From IMG/VR virus record IMGVR_UViG_3300044641_009805, positions 214,436-278,435 of that record: a DNA stretch of 64,000 bases. One strand, written 5' to 3'. Shown here piece after piece: positions 27,925 to 37,211 of this stretch. How positions within the stretch are numbered: the stretch's first letter is position 1; each line of letters begins with the position of its first letter. The notes below the pieces were generated by a model. It did no database searches, was not told where the DNA came from, and was given only the letters and a program-made list of their open reading frames with translations. The position numbers and the translations under genes were made by a program.

Positions 27925-28259
27925 TCAGAACTGACATTTTGCATGATAGAAAATGCATTCATGTTAAATTGAAGAAAGATGTTCATCTACGTCTAAGAGA
28001 AAAATTATTCGCTTACCAGTTGTCTATACAATCTGTTTTTGATGAATTTGCGATGTTGATTGTTACGGAGGATCGAAAAGCAATAAAAATGCTGGAAGAT
28101 CTTGCGCTAAAAAGAGCTCAGGCTGAATTAGAAAAACCAATTAGGAAATTTACAGGAAGTCGTGAACGTATTGATGAACTAGATCATAACACGCTGTATA
28201 ATATGATCAATGCAGAAGACAAAAGAGGAAAGCGAAAAAAAGAAGATGAGTCTGCTTGA
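27921..28259 (+). CDS. Hypothetical protein
   Basis: ORF coupled to neighbours. Confidence 0.65.
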   Translation: MIRTDILHDRKCIHVKLKKDVHLRLREKLFAYQLSIQSVFDEFAMLIVTEDRKAIKMLEDLALKRAQAELEKPIRKFTGSRERIDELDHNTLYNMINAEDKRGKRKKEDESA

Positions 28260-28500
28260 AGAGATTATCGATGTCGCAATAGGGTCTTCTCGAGTCATGT
28301 CAACCGTCGTCAATAACATGTTGGTGTTGACCAATGAGATAAAAAGCATCAAAGAATCTTTGTCGACTCTTACTAAAGCGTTACACGTTCATCAAATTGC
28401 TATCTCTGAACTGATGGAAAACTTAACGCAAGATTCTATTAGAGAAAATTTTGAAGACGTAGGTCAAATAAAAAATGCGAGAAAAGACAAACCAAATTGA
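28246..28500 (+). CDS. Hypothetical coiled-coil protein
   Basis: ORF, start 28246 minimises overlap. Confidence 0.6.
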   Translation: MSLLEEIIDVAIGSSRVMSTVVNNMLVLTNEIKSIKESLSTLTKALHVHQIAISELMENLTQDSIRENFEDVGQIKNARKDKPN

Positions 28501-28501
28501 T

Positions 28502-28885
28502 ATGAGCAAGTTATTACCTTTTTTGAAAAAAAATTGGAGATATTTTGCGATTGCGATTTTTACTATTTTAGTGTTGTTATTCTTGCAAAAAGATAGAATC
28601 TCTTTAACGCAACAACTTCAATCTACTCGAACAGCGTACGAAGAAAGAATCAGTCAGATTGAAAATGCAAGAAAAGAAGAACGCAGACAAAATGATGAAG
28701 CGTTGTCACAACTAAAGAAAAAGCTTGTTGATGTCCAAAAACAGTATGACGATGCAAAAGTAGAATTAGAAAAAAAGAAAAAAGAAGAAATAAAAGATCT
28801 TGTCGAAAAGTACTCAGACGACCCAGAAGAGCTAGCAAAGAAGCTTTCTGAAGTTACGGGATTTAAGATAATTCTTCCGGAGTAA
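28502..28885 (+). CDS. N-terminal TM + coiled coil protein (i-spanin-like topology)
   Basis: WRYFAIAIFTILVLLFLQ followed by charged heptad region. Confidence 0.65.
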   Translation: MSKLLPFLKKNWRYFAIAIFTILVLLFLQKDRISLTQQLQSTRTAYEERISQIENARKEERRQNDEALSQLKKKLVDVQKQYDDAKVELEKKKKEEIKDLVEKYSDDPEELAKKLSEVTGFKIILPE

Positions 28886-28887
28886 AT

Positions 28888-29418
28888 ATGAAAAAAATTA
28901 TACCGTTGTTCTTATCTGCATTTATATTCACGATTTCTTCTTGGGCTGTTTCTGATGAAAAGAAAGGTCCTAATGTTGAACTGTCTAAAGTTGTCAAAGA
29001 CGTTGTTCCTGAGATGCCTAGTTCTGAAAAAGACTTGACAGCAATTTCTCCTATGCGAAAATCTCAGTTTGCTCCTTTTACTGGTGTCTTGCTGTCTCCG
29101 ATGGCTATTGCGACGATCATCTCTGAAATAAAGTTTCAACAAGAAAAGATTGATATTGAAGTAAAGAAAGCAGTAGAAACAACGACGGCAGAATTTGCAT
29201 ACAAACAGCAAATCTTTGAAAATAGATGTACAGCAGATAAAAAATTGTTAGAAGTCAGCGTAGAAGAAAAGAAAAAGCAAATTGAATTGTTAGACTCTAC
29301 CATCAAAGCAGAAATAGAATCAAGACCAAATCCAGTCATGTGGTCTTTATTGGGCCTTGCTGCAGGCGTTGTCGTAACAACAACAACAGCTTCTATAATA
29401 ACAGCCGTTTCTAATTGA
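28888..29418 (+). CDS. Secreted coiled-coil protein with C-terminal hydrophobic anchor
   Basis: Signal peptide MKKIIPLFLSAFIFTISSWA; C-terminal WSLLGLAAGVVVTTTTASIITA. Confidence 0.7.
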   Translation: MKKIIPLFLSAFIFTISSWAVSDEKKGPNVELSKVVKDVVPEMPSSEKDLTAISPMRKSQFAPFTGVLLSPMAIATIISEIKFQQEKIDIEVKKAVETTTAEFAYKQQIFENRCTADKKLLEVSVEEKKKQIELLDSTIKAEIESRPNPVMWSLLGLAAGVVVTTTTASIITAVSN

Positions 29419-29777
29419 GGAAAATTACAATGAGAAGAAATAACAGCATCCCGCCTCCTACTCTTGAACCGTTTATGGCAAAACCAGTAAAAATTGTTGA
29501 GAATGAAGAAAAGAAATCTTCCGCTATCCCGTGGTGGTGGATGAGGAACGACAAAGGTCGTAAATCAGTGAGCGTGACATTCGCGTCAATTTCATTTTTA
29601 GTGACAACTTTAGTCTATCTTGTTGCAGCTTTTGAAAAATTAGGACCGGTATCCTTTAGACCTTTTGACGTAGGGGCGTGCATGGCTTATTTCTTGCCAG
29701 CTTTAAGCTTGTATTTTGGTAGAAGGTTAACTGAGGCAAAGTATTCTTCCACGCCTGAAACAAAATCTGATCAGTAA
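29415..29777 (+). CDS. Small two-TM membrane protein (holin-like)
   Basis: Two hydrophobic segments VTFASISFLVTTLVYLVAA and ACMAYFLPALSLYFG. Confidence 0.6.
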   Translation: MRKITMRRNNSIPPPTLEPFMAKPVKIVENEEKKSSAIPWWWMRNDKGRKSVSVTFASISFLVTTLVYLVAAFEKLGPVSFRPFDVGACMAYFLPALSLYFGRRLTEAKYSSTPETKSDQ

Positions 29778-29792
29778 ATTAGGAAATAACGT

Positions 29793-29800
29793 TATAGTTA
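29793..29800 (+). promoter_or_regulatory. TATANTTA box
   Basis: TATAGTTA 12 nt before ATG 29813. Confidence 0.45.
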
Positions 29801-29812
29801 TCGAAGTATATT

Positions 29813-30763
29813 ATGAACTCGATTGTCATAACAGAATCTGCTTTGAGAGAGTTTTTGAGAGAGATGTTAGATTCTCCGTCGACGAATAGTCATTTAGATG
29901 GAAATATGCCTGTTAGAATAAGTCCCGTTGTAGCTCCTGATGCTGCCGAGGTCAATTCTGCTAATTCTAATTTCACACCTCAAAATAAAGTCGAGTTGTT
30001 ATCTGCTTTGCGCACAATATGCAACGTAGAAGACGATCAAGTTCCCGCTGTTTACATAGCTGTAAAAGATGCGCTAGAGAAGCAAGGTGAAGAGATGAAG
30101 AATACCCAAGTTGAATCAACTATTCGTGCTACGGTTAGAAAACTATTATCTGAAATTTCAGCATCAGAAAAACGCCAAATGGCTGCCGACAAGTTGTGGA
30201 GTGAACTACCCAAAGTAGATCCTTCTACTTATCCACAAGTAACGAAGGTAGATCCAGGGGTTTCTAGTAAATCAGGAACTCCAGCAGAACAAAAAGCAAA
30301 ATTTGAAAAGAATAAATCGCAGCTTCAAAAAACATTTTCAACTATGAAAATGTCAGACTTAGAAGATGAAGCAGAATCAGAACCGACAGGACGTAAGAAT
30401 GTCATGATGACAGACGTTGGTGGTTCCTCATTTAAAGAGATTGCAAAAGAGCTAGGATTTGCTGCAGAATCTGGTGCAAAACAAGCCGTTGAGAAAGCTT
30501 TAGAAAAAGCTAAACTTGTGACTAAGATGGATTTATTCGATCCTGACACTTTAGAGATTTTAGTTCTACAATCAATGTCAGATTATATCGACGTTTTATC
30601 TTCGACTGGGGAACTTACACCTCAAGAAGTAAAGATGCTGAAAGATAATCCAGCTATAGTTAGAACGCTCGACGGATTTAGAGAATTTTTAGATAAAGAT
30701 TTAAGAAAAGCTAAAAAGACGCTTGAGACAGCAAAAAACGAATCTAGATTGCGTGGACGTTGA
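29813..30763 (+). CDS. Hypothetical protein with ALREFLREML motif
   Basis: Long ORF; second copy IRATVRKLLSE internally. Confidence 0.78.
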   Translation: MNSIVITESALREFLREMLDSPSTNSHLDGNMPVRISPVVAPDAAEVNSANSNFTPQNKVELLSALRTICNVEDDQVPAVYIAVKDALEKQGEEMKNTQVESTIRATVRKLLSEISASEKRQMAADKLWSELPKVDPSTYPQVTKVDPGVSSKSGTPAEQKAKFEKNKSQLQKTFSTMKMSDLEDEAESEPTGRKNVMMTDVGGSSFKEIAKELGFAAESGAKQAVEKALEKAKLVTKMDLFDPDTLEILVLQSMSDYIDVLSSTGELTPQEVKMLKDNPAIVRTLDGFREFLDKDLRKAKKTLETAKNESRLRGR

Positions 30764-31521
30764 AAATGTTTAATGCTACCATAGCCGCTGCAGTACAATT
30801 CGAACCGAAGATTCTTGACGTACAAAAGAATCTTTCTACTGCTCGTTATCTTGCTCATGAAGCCGCAGCAAAAGGAGCGAGCGTAGTGGTACTACCAGAA
30901 TTGTGCATCAGCGGTTATGTATTGCGCAATAAACAAGAAGCTTCTCAATGTGCGCAAACTAGAGATGGTTACCAAACTGAAGCATTTCTGCCAATAGCTA
31001 AACAGTACAATTGTCACATCGTGGTCGGATACGTAGAATTGAATGAAGGAAAGCTGTATAATTCAGCTGTAGTCGTAGGTCCAAATGGCGTTAGCGCTAA
31101 TTTTCAAAAACACAATCTTTGGGCTAACGATTATTTGTGGGCAGAGTCTTCAGAAGCATTTAATCCCGTTGTTATAACAAGAGCTGGTCGACTTGGCGCT
31201 TTGATCTGTAGAGATGCTATGAATGTCTATAGAGAAAGTTACAAGTTTTACAAAGAAGATCAAAAATTCTATAGAAAAGGGTCGGTTGATACTATAGCAT
31301 TATTGACAAACTGGGGTGGGAATGTAGGTCATCCGGATCATACATGGGTAGAACTTGCCGAACAAACGAATGCAAATATCATCGTTTCTAATCGTGTTGG
31401 AAAAGAAAGAGATTTGACATTCAAAGGCGGTTCTTGTATAGTTACTCGCAACAAACAAGTCTACACACATGGTTCCAGCTTTTTGAACGAAGCCGTCGTT
31501 GGTGGTATAATTGAACTATGA
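30760..31521 (+). CDS. Carbon-nitrogen hydrolase (nitrilase superfamily)
   Basis: Glu-Lys-Cys triad: LPEL, FQKHNL, LICRD; YNSAVV, SNRVG. Confidence 0.9.
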   Translation: MKMFNATIAAAVQFEPKILDVQKNLSTARYLAHEAAAKGASVVVLPELCISGYVLRNKQEASQCAQTRDGYQTEAFLPIAKQYNCHIVVGYVELNEGKLYNSAVVVGPNGVSANFQKHNLWANDYLWAESSEAFNPVVITRAGRLGALICRDAMNVYRESYKFYKEDQKFYRKGSVDTIALLTNWGGNVGHPDHTWVELAEQTNANIIVSNRVGKERDLTFKGGSCIVTRNKQVYTHGSSFLNEAVVGGIIEL

Positions 31522-31898
31522 AGCTTGTAGAAATCAACCGAAATTTTATACGCGATTCTTTCAGATCGATCGTCGATGCCCCGGTTAAGGTTGTAAAGAA
31601 TGTTGATAAACCAATCATAGCGATTGAAAAATGGTCCTTTCTTGATGACGGAAATTCTTATGTAAAGAAGTTTTTCTTTGAAAGCCTACAAGATAGAAAC
31701 AGATTTGTAACATCTCTATTAAGTTACGAGTCAGAGTCTGGTCATCATGCTAGATTAAGAATAGACAAAAAAATAGTTTTTGTAGAACTAGAAACTCTAG
31801 AAAAGAACAAAACGACAGAGCTAGACAAAGCTTACAGCAGATATGCGGATTTAATTTGTAAAGACATAGCGTATAATCCGCTGTATGAAAGAGAATGA
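31518..31898 (+). CDS. Pterin-4a-carbinolamine dehydratase-like protein
   Basis: KKFFFES..FV..ESGHH..ELET..TELD pattern. Confidence 0.65.
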   Translation: MKLVEINRNFIRDSFRSIVDAPVKVVKNVDKPIIAIEKWSFLDDGNSYVKKFFFESLQDRNRFVTSLLSYESESGHHARLRIDKKIVFVELETLEKNKTTELDKAYSRYADLICKDIAYNPLYERE

Positions 31899-32265
31899 TT
31901 CTAGAATTTTAGTCAGCAAAGAACTTGAAGGTCAGATACCTGACATAGAAGGATCTTTGTCTGATTATTTGTTTTCAGCTGTTTGCATTTATCTTAAAGA
32001 TTCTAATGCTTCATTGGAGCTAGATGGCCCCATTACATCATTTTCTATTTCCAATGAAGTTAGTATTAACATGAAAATGCAAATTGATAAAGCTTTTCAT
32101 ATAATGAAGTTGAAAAGCTTTTTAAAGTTTGATGATGTCAACTTTGTTTTAAAAGACAACTTAATAAAATTGAACGGTCATTATGCAGTTCAACAAGTGA
32201 AAATGTTAGACATCAACGTTGAAGATCAAGAGTGCAATCTAGAATTAAGCATTAAATCTGTTTAA
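31885..32265 (+). CDS. Hypothetical protein
   Basis: 126 aa ORF in operon. Confidence 0.65.
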   Translation: MKENDSRILVSKELEGQIPDIEGSLSDYLFSAVCIYLKDSNASLELDGPITSFSISNEVSINMKMQIDKAFHIMKLKSFLKFDDVNFVLKDNLIKLNGHYAVQQVKMLDINVEDQECNLELSIKSV

Positions 32266-32287
32266 TGATTGATTCAAGCGTCTAATA

Positions 32288-32295
32288 TATAGTTA
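32288..32295 (+). promoter_or_regulatory. TATANTTA box
   Basis: TATAGTTA-N19(contains GGAG)-ATG(32315). Confidence 0.5.
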
Positions 32296-32314
32296 TACCA
32301 GGAGTCACGTCACA

Positions 32315-32482
32315 ATGGAACGAGATGAACAAGATATAAATTTTGACAAATTTATGGATGATATTCTCATTAAAGAGTCAAAGAAAAAGCAGGAATTAGT
32401 TGAAGAAACTCCGCAACGTAAATATGTAAAAAAGTATACAGAGCGTGCTTCAAATCGCATTAGATTTTCTAAGGTGTTATGA
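32315..32482 (+). CDS. 55 aa hypothetical protein (below ORF-track cutoff)
   Basis: MERDEQDINFDKFMDDILIKES...; SD; stop overlaps next ATG. Confidence 0.65.
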   Translation: MERDEQDINFDKFMDDILIKESKKKQELVEETPQRKYVKKYTERASNRIRFSKVL

Positions 32483-32979
32483 TGTCTAATCGTCCTACTA
32501 TAAAATCTGGAGAAACGCTTAGCAGTTTTTTATCTGAGATTATTAAAGAATCTTATTCTGAAAAGATAAGACTGTCTGAGAAAAAAGATGCGGAAGCTTT
32601 ATCAACAGGAGATATTTCTGTCGAGGACGTGGTCGATAAGTTGAACGTAATTCGATCAGGAAAATCTTTTAAGGATGAAGAAGTTCTAGCAAATATGCAA
32701 AAATACTTAGAAGATCTTGACAAGCCAGAAAAAACAGCGCTTCTTGCATTTTTAAAGGGCATATCTGAAATAGTTACTGCAGGTGTATCAGGAGCCAAAG
32801 CGTTTGAACCAACAGACACTCCTTCTAAAGTGAAGATGAAAAAGAAGTCATCTGAAAAGCAAAAGGTTTCTGTCACGCCGAATGTGATAAAAAAGCCAGA
32901 GTCTGAAGAGACTACAAAGTCTTCTAGTCCTTCAGAAGATACTTCTCCTCCTGCCCCGATTGAACCCAAGAAGAAATAG
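32479..32979 (+). CDS. Hypothetical protein with FLSEIIKES motif
   Basis: ORF; Lys/Ser/Pro-rich tail. Confidence 0.75.
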   Translation: MMSNRPTIKSGETLSSFLSEIIKESYSEKIRLSEKKDAEALSTGDISVEDVVDKLNVIRSGKSFKDEEVLANMQKYLEDLDKPEKTALLAFLKGISEIVTAGVSGAKAFEPTDTPSKVKMKKKSSEKQKVSVTPNVIKKPESEETTKSSSPSEDTSPPAPIEPKKK

Positions 32980-32988
32980 TATTATAAT
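32960..32988 (+). promoter_or_regulatory. Sigma70-like promoter (TTGAAC-17 class)
   Basis: TTGAAC-N17-TATAAT-N9-ATG(32998). Confidence 0.6.
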
Positions 32989-32997
32989 TCAATCATT

Positions 32998-33207
32998 ATG
33001 GAAGAAGTTAGGCGAATACATTTACATGATGGTGAAGTGCTTGAAGTCTCTATGAGACCAGGATTTCTTGAAAGAATCTCTTCACATTTTCAGCTAGCTA
33101 AAGCTGAAAACGTAACAGATGATCACATACGTATGTACATATTTGATGTATTTAAAAATGCGATAGACAAGGCTGAAAATGAAGGATTCAGAGAAAATTC
33201 TGCTTGA
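32998..33207 (+). CDS. Hypothetical protein
   Basis: 69 aa ORF behind promoter. Confidence 0.65.
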   Translation: MEEVRRIHLHDGEVLEVSMRPGFLERISSHFQLAKAENVTDDHIRMYIFDVFKNAIDKAENEGFRENSA

Positions 33208-33451
33208 ATATGTTACTTTAATACTTGAAAAAAAGATTAGAGAAGCCGACATATCTGACGGTCAAAAGGCCAAATGGGGATCAAGAAAACACATCTCAGA
33301 TCTCAAGCGCCGTTTGAAAGAAGCTGAGTACTGGCGTGACAAGCAAAAGAAGGGCTCTGAAAAAAGAGCCCATTATAGAAATGTTGTTAATGACATCAAA
33401 CGTCAGTTAAAAGCTGCTATAAAAAAAGAAAAAGTTGAAGACGAAAAGTAA
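33179..33451 (+). CDS. Hypothetical protein with ILLEYVTLILE motif
   Basis: ORF; motif variant. Confidence 0.7.
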   Translation: MKDSEKILLEYVTLILEKKIREADISDGQKAKWGSRKHISDLKRRLKEAEYWRDKQKKGSEKRAHYRNVVNDIKRQLKAAIKKEKVEDEK

Positions 33452-33454
33452 TTT

Positions 33455-34480
33455 TTACTTTTCGTCTTTTACAATTTCGTCTTTCTTAACTTTGCCGCTT
33501 TCAGGCTGCTGAGAGTTGATTAAACTTAGAATTTTTTCTTTTCCTGCGACGGAAACCACGATTCTTCCACCTTGCGTCGTCGCAACTATCGAGATAATAT
33601 CTTTTGTAGCAAAAAACAACGAATTATTCTCATACCACACAATGCCTACTGCATCTCCCACTGCGGCTTTGATAGCTTCAGCATTGATTATTTTGTAGAT
33701 GTTTTCCGGCGTGTAATCTTGCAAGTCGTTTTTCTTGAATTCATCCGACCATTTCTTTAGAAGATTTGCGAATTGTTTTTGACCAAATTCTGTCAAATCG
33801 CTGATGTCTGAAATACCCATTCTTACGAGTTTTAGTACGAATGGAGTGCTAGTAAGCAACTTTCCTTTTGCTGAACCCATCTTGATTCCAGCGGTTTTAG
33901 ACCCAGCTTTAACGTGCCAAGGTTCATTATTGATTGTTACATCATATAAAGAATTGCTTTTTTCACCAGTACTTGTGTTTTCAAACATCAGACGAATCAC
34001 AATTTCGCCTGCTCCAATTTGCATACCACCAGCTTTAGGATTAGTCGACAATCTTGCTACATCACGCAAAACTTCAGGCACATTTATTGACGTATTAGCA
34101 GGCGCCGCAGCCAGCTTAAATAAAGAAGCCTCTAGCTTCGCTGGATCTTTTTTTGAAAGTAGAATCTTAAGCTCGTCTCTTAGTACGTTTGTGCTTTCTA
34201 CAATTCCCTTTAGTTTTTCAGAAACTGCTGGGTCGATACGATCTATGCCTTGTAACAAATTTTCATAATCTTGGGATTCTTTCGCGGAAGGCTTTGACCC
34301 TTGCTCTACTGGAGATGTCCGATCTTTAGTTGTCGCCTTTAAAATAGAAGTTTTAATTTTCTTTGCGACTTTATCAGGAACTTCGAATTCTTCGTCATTA
34401 ATAGTGACTTTTACTTCAAGCAATTGTTTTACGTACTCTCTAAGCAATGTTACGCTGCTTTTTCTATTGTTATATGGCAT
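33455..34480 (-). CDS. Hypothetical protein with LLREYVKQLLE motif; possible restriction-endonuclease-like fold
   Basis: GAGEI...YDVTINNEPWHVKA resembles a PD-(D/E)xK core with His for Glu. Confidence 0.7.
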   Translation of the reverse strand: MPYNNRKSSVTLLREYVKQLLEVKVTINDEEFEVPDKVAKKIKTSILKATTKDRTSPVEQGSKPSAKESQDYENLLQGIDRIDPAVSEKLKGIVESTNVLRDELKILLSKKDPAKLEASLFKLAAAPANTSINVPEVLRDVARLSTNPKAGGMQIGAGEIVIRLMFENTSTGEKSNSLYDVTINNEPWHVKAGSKTAGIKMGSAKGKLLTSTPFVLKLVRMGISDISDLTEFGQKQFANLLKKWSDEFKKNDLQDYTPENIYKIINAEAIKAAVGDAVGIVWYENNSLFFATKDIISIVATTQGGRIVVSVAGKEKILSLINSQQPESGKVKKDEIVKDEK

Positions 34481-34498
34481 ATCTAGATCTAATAATCC

Positions 34499-34506
34499 TA
34501 TATTTA
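34499..34506 (+). promoter_or_regulatory. TATANTTA box
   Basis: TATATTTA 28 nt before ATG 34535. Confidence 0.4.
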
Positions 34507-34534
34507 TCTACTTAACAGGATAAATTTAGAATTT

Positions 34535-34954
34535 ATGGTACCAACAAGATTTTCATGCGGAGCTGTAGTTTATAGAAAGCAACCTACTTGCACGCAAATC
34601 TTATTGGTGAAGCAGTCTACAAATGATGAAGCTTGGGGAATTCCGAAAGGCCACATGGAGTATGGCGAAACATACGTAGAGACAGCTGTTAGAGAAACCT
34701 TTGAAGAGGCTGGAATTGACATAAAAATAATCACGCAATTACCCCACGTGTTCATAACAAGAAAAAAATATAAAAAAATTGTGATACCTTTCCTAGCAAT
34801 ACAAACATGTGATCGTGAGCCGAGCAGCGGTCATGAAGCTTCAGAAGTCGTAGAAGCAAGATGGTTCGATATAAAAAAGTTGCCTCCGTTGTGCTCGTAT
34901 CAGCGTCCTATCTTCGATGCAGCTCTTTTGATGTTGGAGATGGGAAATGGATGA
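34535..34954 (+). CDS. Nudix hydrolase
   Basis: WGIPKGHMEYGETYVETAVRETFEEAG Nudix box. Confidence 0.92.
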   Translation: MVPTRFSCGAVVYRKQPTCTQILLVKQSTNDEAWGIPKGHMEYGETYVETAVRETFEEAGIDIKIITQLPHVFITRKKYKKIVIPFLAIQTCDREPSSGHEASEVVEARWFDIKKLPPLCSYQRPIFDAALLMLEMGNG

Positions 34955-35195
34955 AAAGAAGCTAGAGCAAATTTTGTTAGAAATACGTAGTTATGCTATG
35001 AACGTGAAAGATTGGCAGACTATAAAAAAGGAAATTTTAAAATCCTTGCCTCCATCTGACAGGAAGTTTTTTTCTACAAGAGATCCATACACCAAACAGC
35101 AGACGTTAAATGAATTTGAACGTACGGTTGTAGAAAAATGGGAGAAATTAACGAGCGTTAAACTGATAATTAAGAGTCGTGATGCAAGAAAATAA
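34947..35195 (+). CDS. Hypothetical protein
   Basis: 82 aa coupled ORF. Confidence 0.65.
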   Translation: MDEKKLEQILLEIRSYAMNVKDWQTIKKEILKSLPPSDRKFFSTRDPYTKQQTLNEFERTVVEKWEKLTSVKLIIKSRDARK

Positions 35196-36072
35196 ATTAT
35201 TAAGAGAGTACGTTCGACGAATTCTAACAGAAGAGATGTCAGGCGACTATTCGGCGTCCTACATGTCAGGTGGTAGTACCTTTGGTGGCACAGCCATAAA
35301 GACAGCATTCGTAGATCCCGTTACTGATATTTTCAAGATATTGAAAGGTAGAGCAAAAGAATTATTCTCAGGAGTAAAAAGACTCGCCCGCGTGTCTCTT
35401 AGCGGAGGGTTGGGTCTCTTGACAGCTGGCGCTTGGGAACCGAATTATCAAGCCGCCAAAGACGCGTACAACAATGAAATATCGAAGATAAGAAGTGAGT
35501 ATGAAGGTGCAAGATCGGCCGGTATAAAAGCTTTGTTGGCTAGCGATTTAGTCGCAATCGGTTTTTTATATAACCCAGCGGCCGTGATGACGGCAAAAGC
35601 CGCATTAGAAAATATAAGAAAAAGTAACTCTGTCTTGTTAGAGCGTGAGGAAGACGCAGGAAAAAAGCAAAAATTACCGCAGGTTCCTGCTGAGCTGGTC
35701 GAAAAAGCTCATGCAGCCGTCGATAGATATTTCGGTAAGATCAAAAATGATCTTTCAAAAGTTAAATCTGCAAAGAACTTGCAACAGCTGAATGCACCGA
35801 AAGAGACAATAGACAAGATGTCAGCTGAGCTGTCGGAAAAACCTGAAGCAGAGAAAAAGCAAGCGGAAGAAAAGATTTTAGAAGCTGGCAAACATCAAAT
35901 TTTCATGACTTCAATCAAAACTTTGAAGCAAGAAAGAGATAAGATAGTTGGTCAGATGAAGGAAAAAGGGATTTCAACTTCTGATATAATGTCTAAAGAA
36001 GGATTGCCTGCCAGGTACTCTGAAGAAATAAAGAAAATTGCTGCGATGATCGGCATCAACGCCAAAGAATAA
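35182..36072 (+). CDS. Hypothetical helical protein with LLREYVRRILTEE motif
   Basis: Long ORF; motif at N-terminus. Confidence 0.78.
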   Translation: MQENKLLREYVRRILTEEMSGDYSASYMSGGSTFGGTAIKTAFVDPVTDIFKILKGRAKELFSGVKRLARVSLSGGLGLLTAGAWEPNYQAAKDAYNNEISKIRSEYEGARSAGIKALLASDLVAIGFLYNPAAVMTAKAALENIRKSNSVLLEREEDAGKKQKLPQVPAELVEKAHAAVDRYFGKIKNDLSKVKSAKNLQQLNAPKETIDKMSAELSEKPEAEKKQAEEKILEAGKHQIFMTSIKTLKQERDKIVGQMKEKGISTSDIMSKEGLPARYSEEIKKIAAMIGINAKE

Positions 36073-36076
36073 TTGA

Positions 36077-36105
36077 TTGAACAAGGATTTTTTTTAGATT
36101 ATAAT
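36077..36105 (+). promoter_or_regulatory. Sigma70-like promoter (TTGAAC-17 class), leaderless
   Basis: TTGAAC-N17-TATAAT-N6-ATG(36112). Confidence 0.7.
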
Positions 36106-36111
36106 CATTGT

Positions 36112-36408
36112 ATGTCTAAAAAAAATGCTTCTCAAAAAAATTACAACGTAGAAACGATGCAGCCAGATGAGATTAACTCTCTGCGCACTCTAGTTAAAGA
36201 GTTTATCCACAAGATCGAATCTATTGATAATGAGATAGAGCTCTTAAAAGGAGATCGAAAAGAGATCATTGAAGAGTACTCTGAAAAGCTAGATATGAAA
36301 ACTTTGCAATCTGCTCTTAAGGTCGTCAAGATCCAACAAGCAGTTGCGCATAAAGATACGTTTGATCTATTTCTTGAGGCATTGACGGGCGTAGAAAAAT
36401 CAACTTGA
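36112..36408 (+). CDS. GapR/DUF2312/T4 DsbA-like dsDNA-binding protein
   Basis: LRTLVKEFIHKIESIDNEIELLKGDRKEII..LDMKTLQSALK pattern. Confidence 0.6.
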   Translation: MSKKNASQKNYNVETMQPDEINSLRTLVKEFIHKIESIDNEIELLKGDRKEIIEEYSEKLDMKTLQSALKVVKIQQAVAHKDTFDLFLEALTGVEKST

Positions 36409-36776
36409 AGGAAACAACAATGGATAACTCTAGAGAAGCTTTGCTGAAACCAAAAAAGACTTTTACCTTAAAATTATCGCTTGCTGAGCTGATCCATCTA
36501 AGGGATCTTTTTAGTATTTCTTTGCCTGTTGATTTAAAAACAACAGTGAGCCAATCTCTTGCGATTGGGCAAGGAAGGCAAATCGTAGAAACGAAGCTGT
36601 GGAATAAAATTGTGAATCTTTGTAAAGAAGGCAGTGTTCCGTTGGAAGAAGAATCTCCAGACTTTATAATCACCGTGACAGCTCCTCCTGAGTTAGGAGT
36701 CTTTGAAGTTGCTTCTGATTATGATCAATCCTCTGAACCAGCACCTGATTCAGAAGACGATGCAGATGATGAGTAG
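36405..36776 (+). CDS. Hypothetical protein
   Basis: Coupled ORF, acidic tail. Confidence 0.7.
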   Translation: MKETTMDNSREALLKPKKTFTLKLSLAELIHLRDLFSISLPVDLKTTVSQSLAIGQGRQIVETKLWNKIVNLCKEGSVPLEEESPDFIITVTAPPELGVFEVASDYDQSSEPAPDSEDDADDE

Positions 36777-36786
36777 CTAAGAGGGA

Positions 36787-37206
36787 ATGATGACATCACG
36801 TTCTTATAGAGTTGGGCAGATTCTTTACGTCTTAACCAACAAAGAAACGAAAATTTATCCTCTACAAATTGTAGAAGAGATAATAAAAAGAACAGTCTCA
36901 GGAGAATCCATTTCGTATATTGCGAAGGTTGGGAAAAACGCAAGAACAATTTCTTTATCTGATGTTGACGGAGAGCTCTATGAAGACATAGAAGACTTAC
37001 GTAGAGATCTCACTCATCGTGTGATGAATACCGTGAATAACATCATAGATTCTTCTGCTTTAAAGGCCGAAGAGTGGTATCCACGTTCTGAAGTTCATTC
37101 TCCTATAATTGATCCGTTGCAGCAGCGAGAAGAAAAAGCTGTGGTGGTTCTTCCTGATGGAAAAGTTGCAAATTTGAAATTATCCAACAACGTAAACGAA
37201 GAATAA
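36787..37206 (+). CDS. Hypothetical protein
   Basis: 139 aa ORF with SD. Confidence 0.7.
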   Translation: MMTSRSYRVGQILYVLTNKETKIYPLQIVEEIIKRTVSGESISYIAKVGKNARTISLSDVDGELYEDIEDLRRDLTHRVMNTVNNIIDSSALKAEEWYPRSEVHSPIIDPLQQREEKAVVVLPDGKVANLKLSNNVNEE

Positions 37207-37211
37207 AGGAA

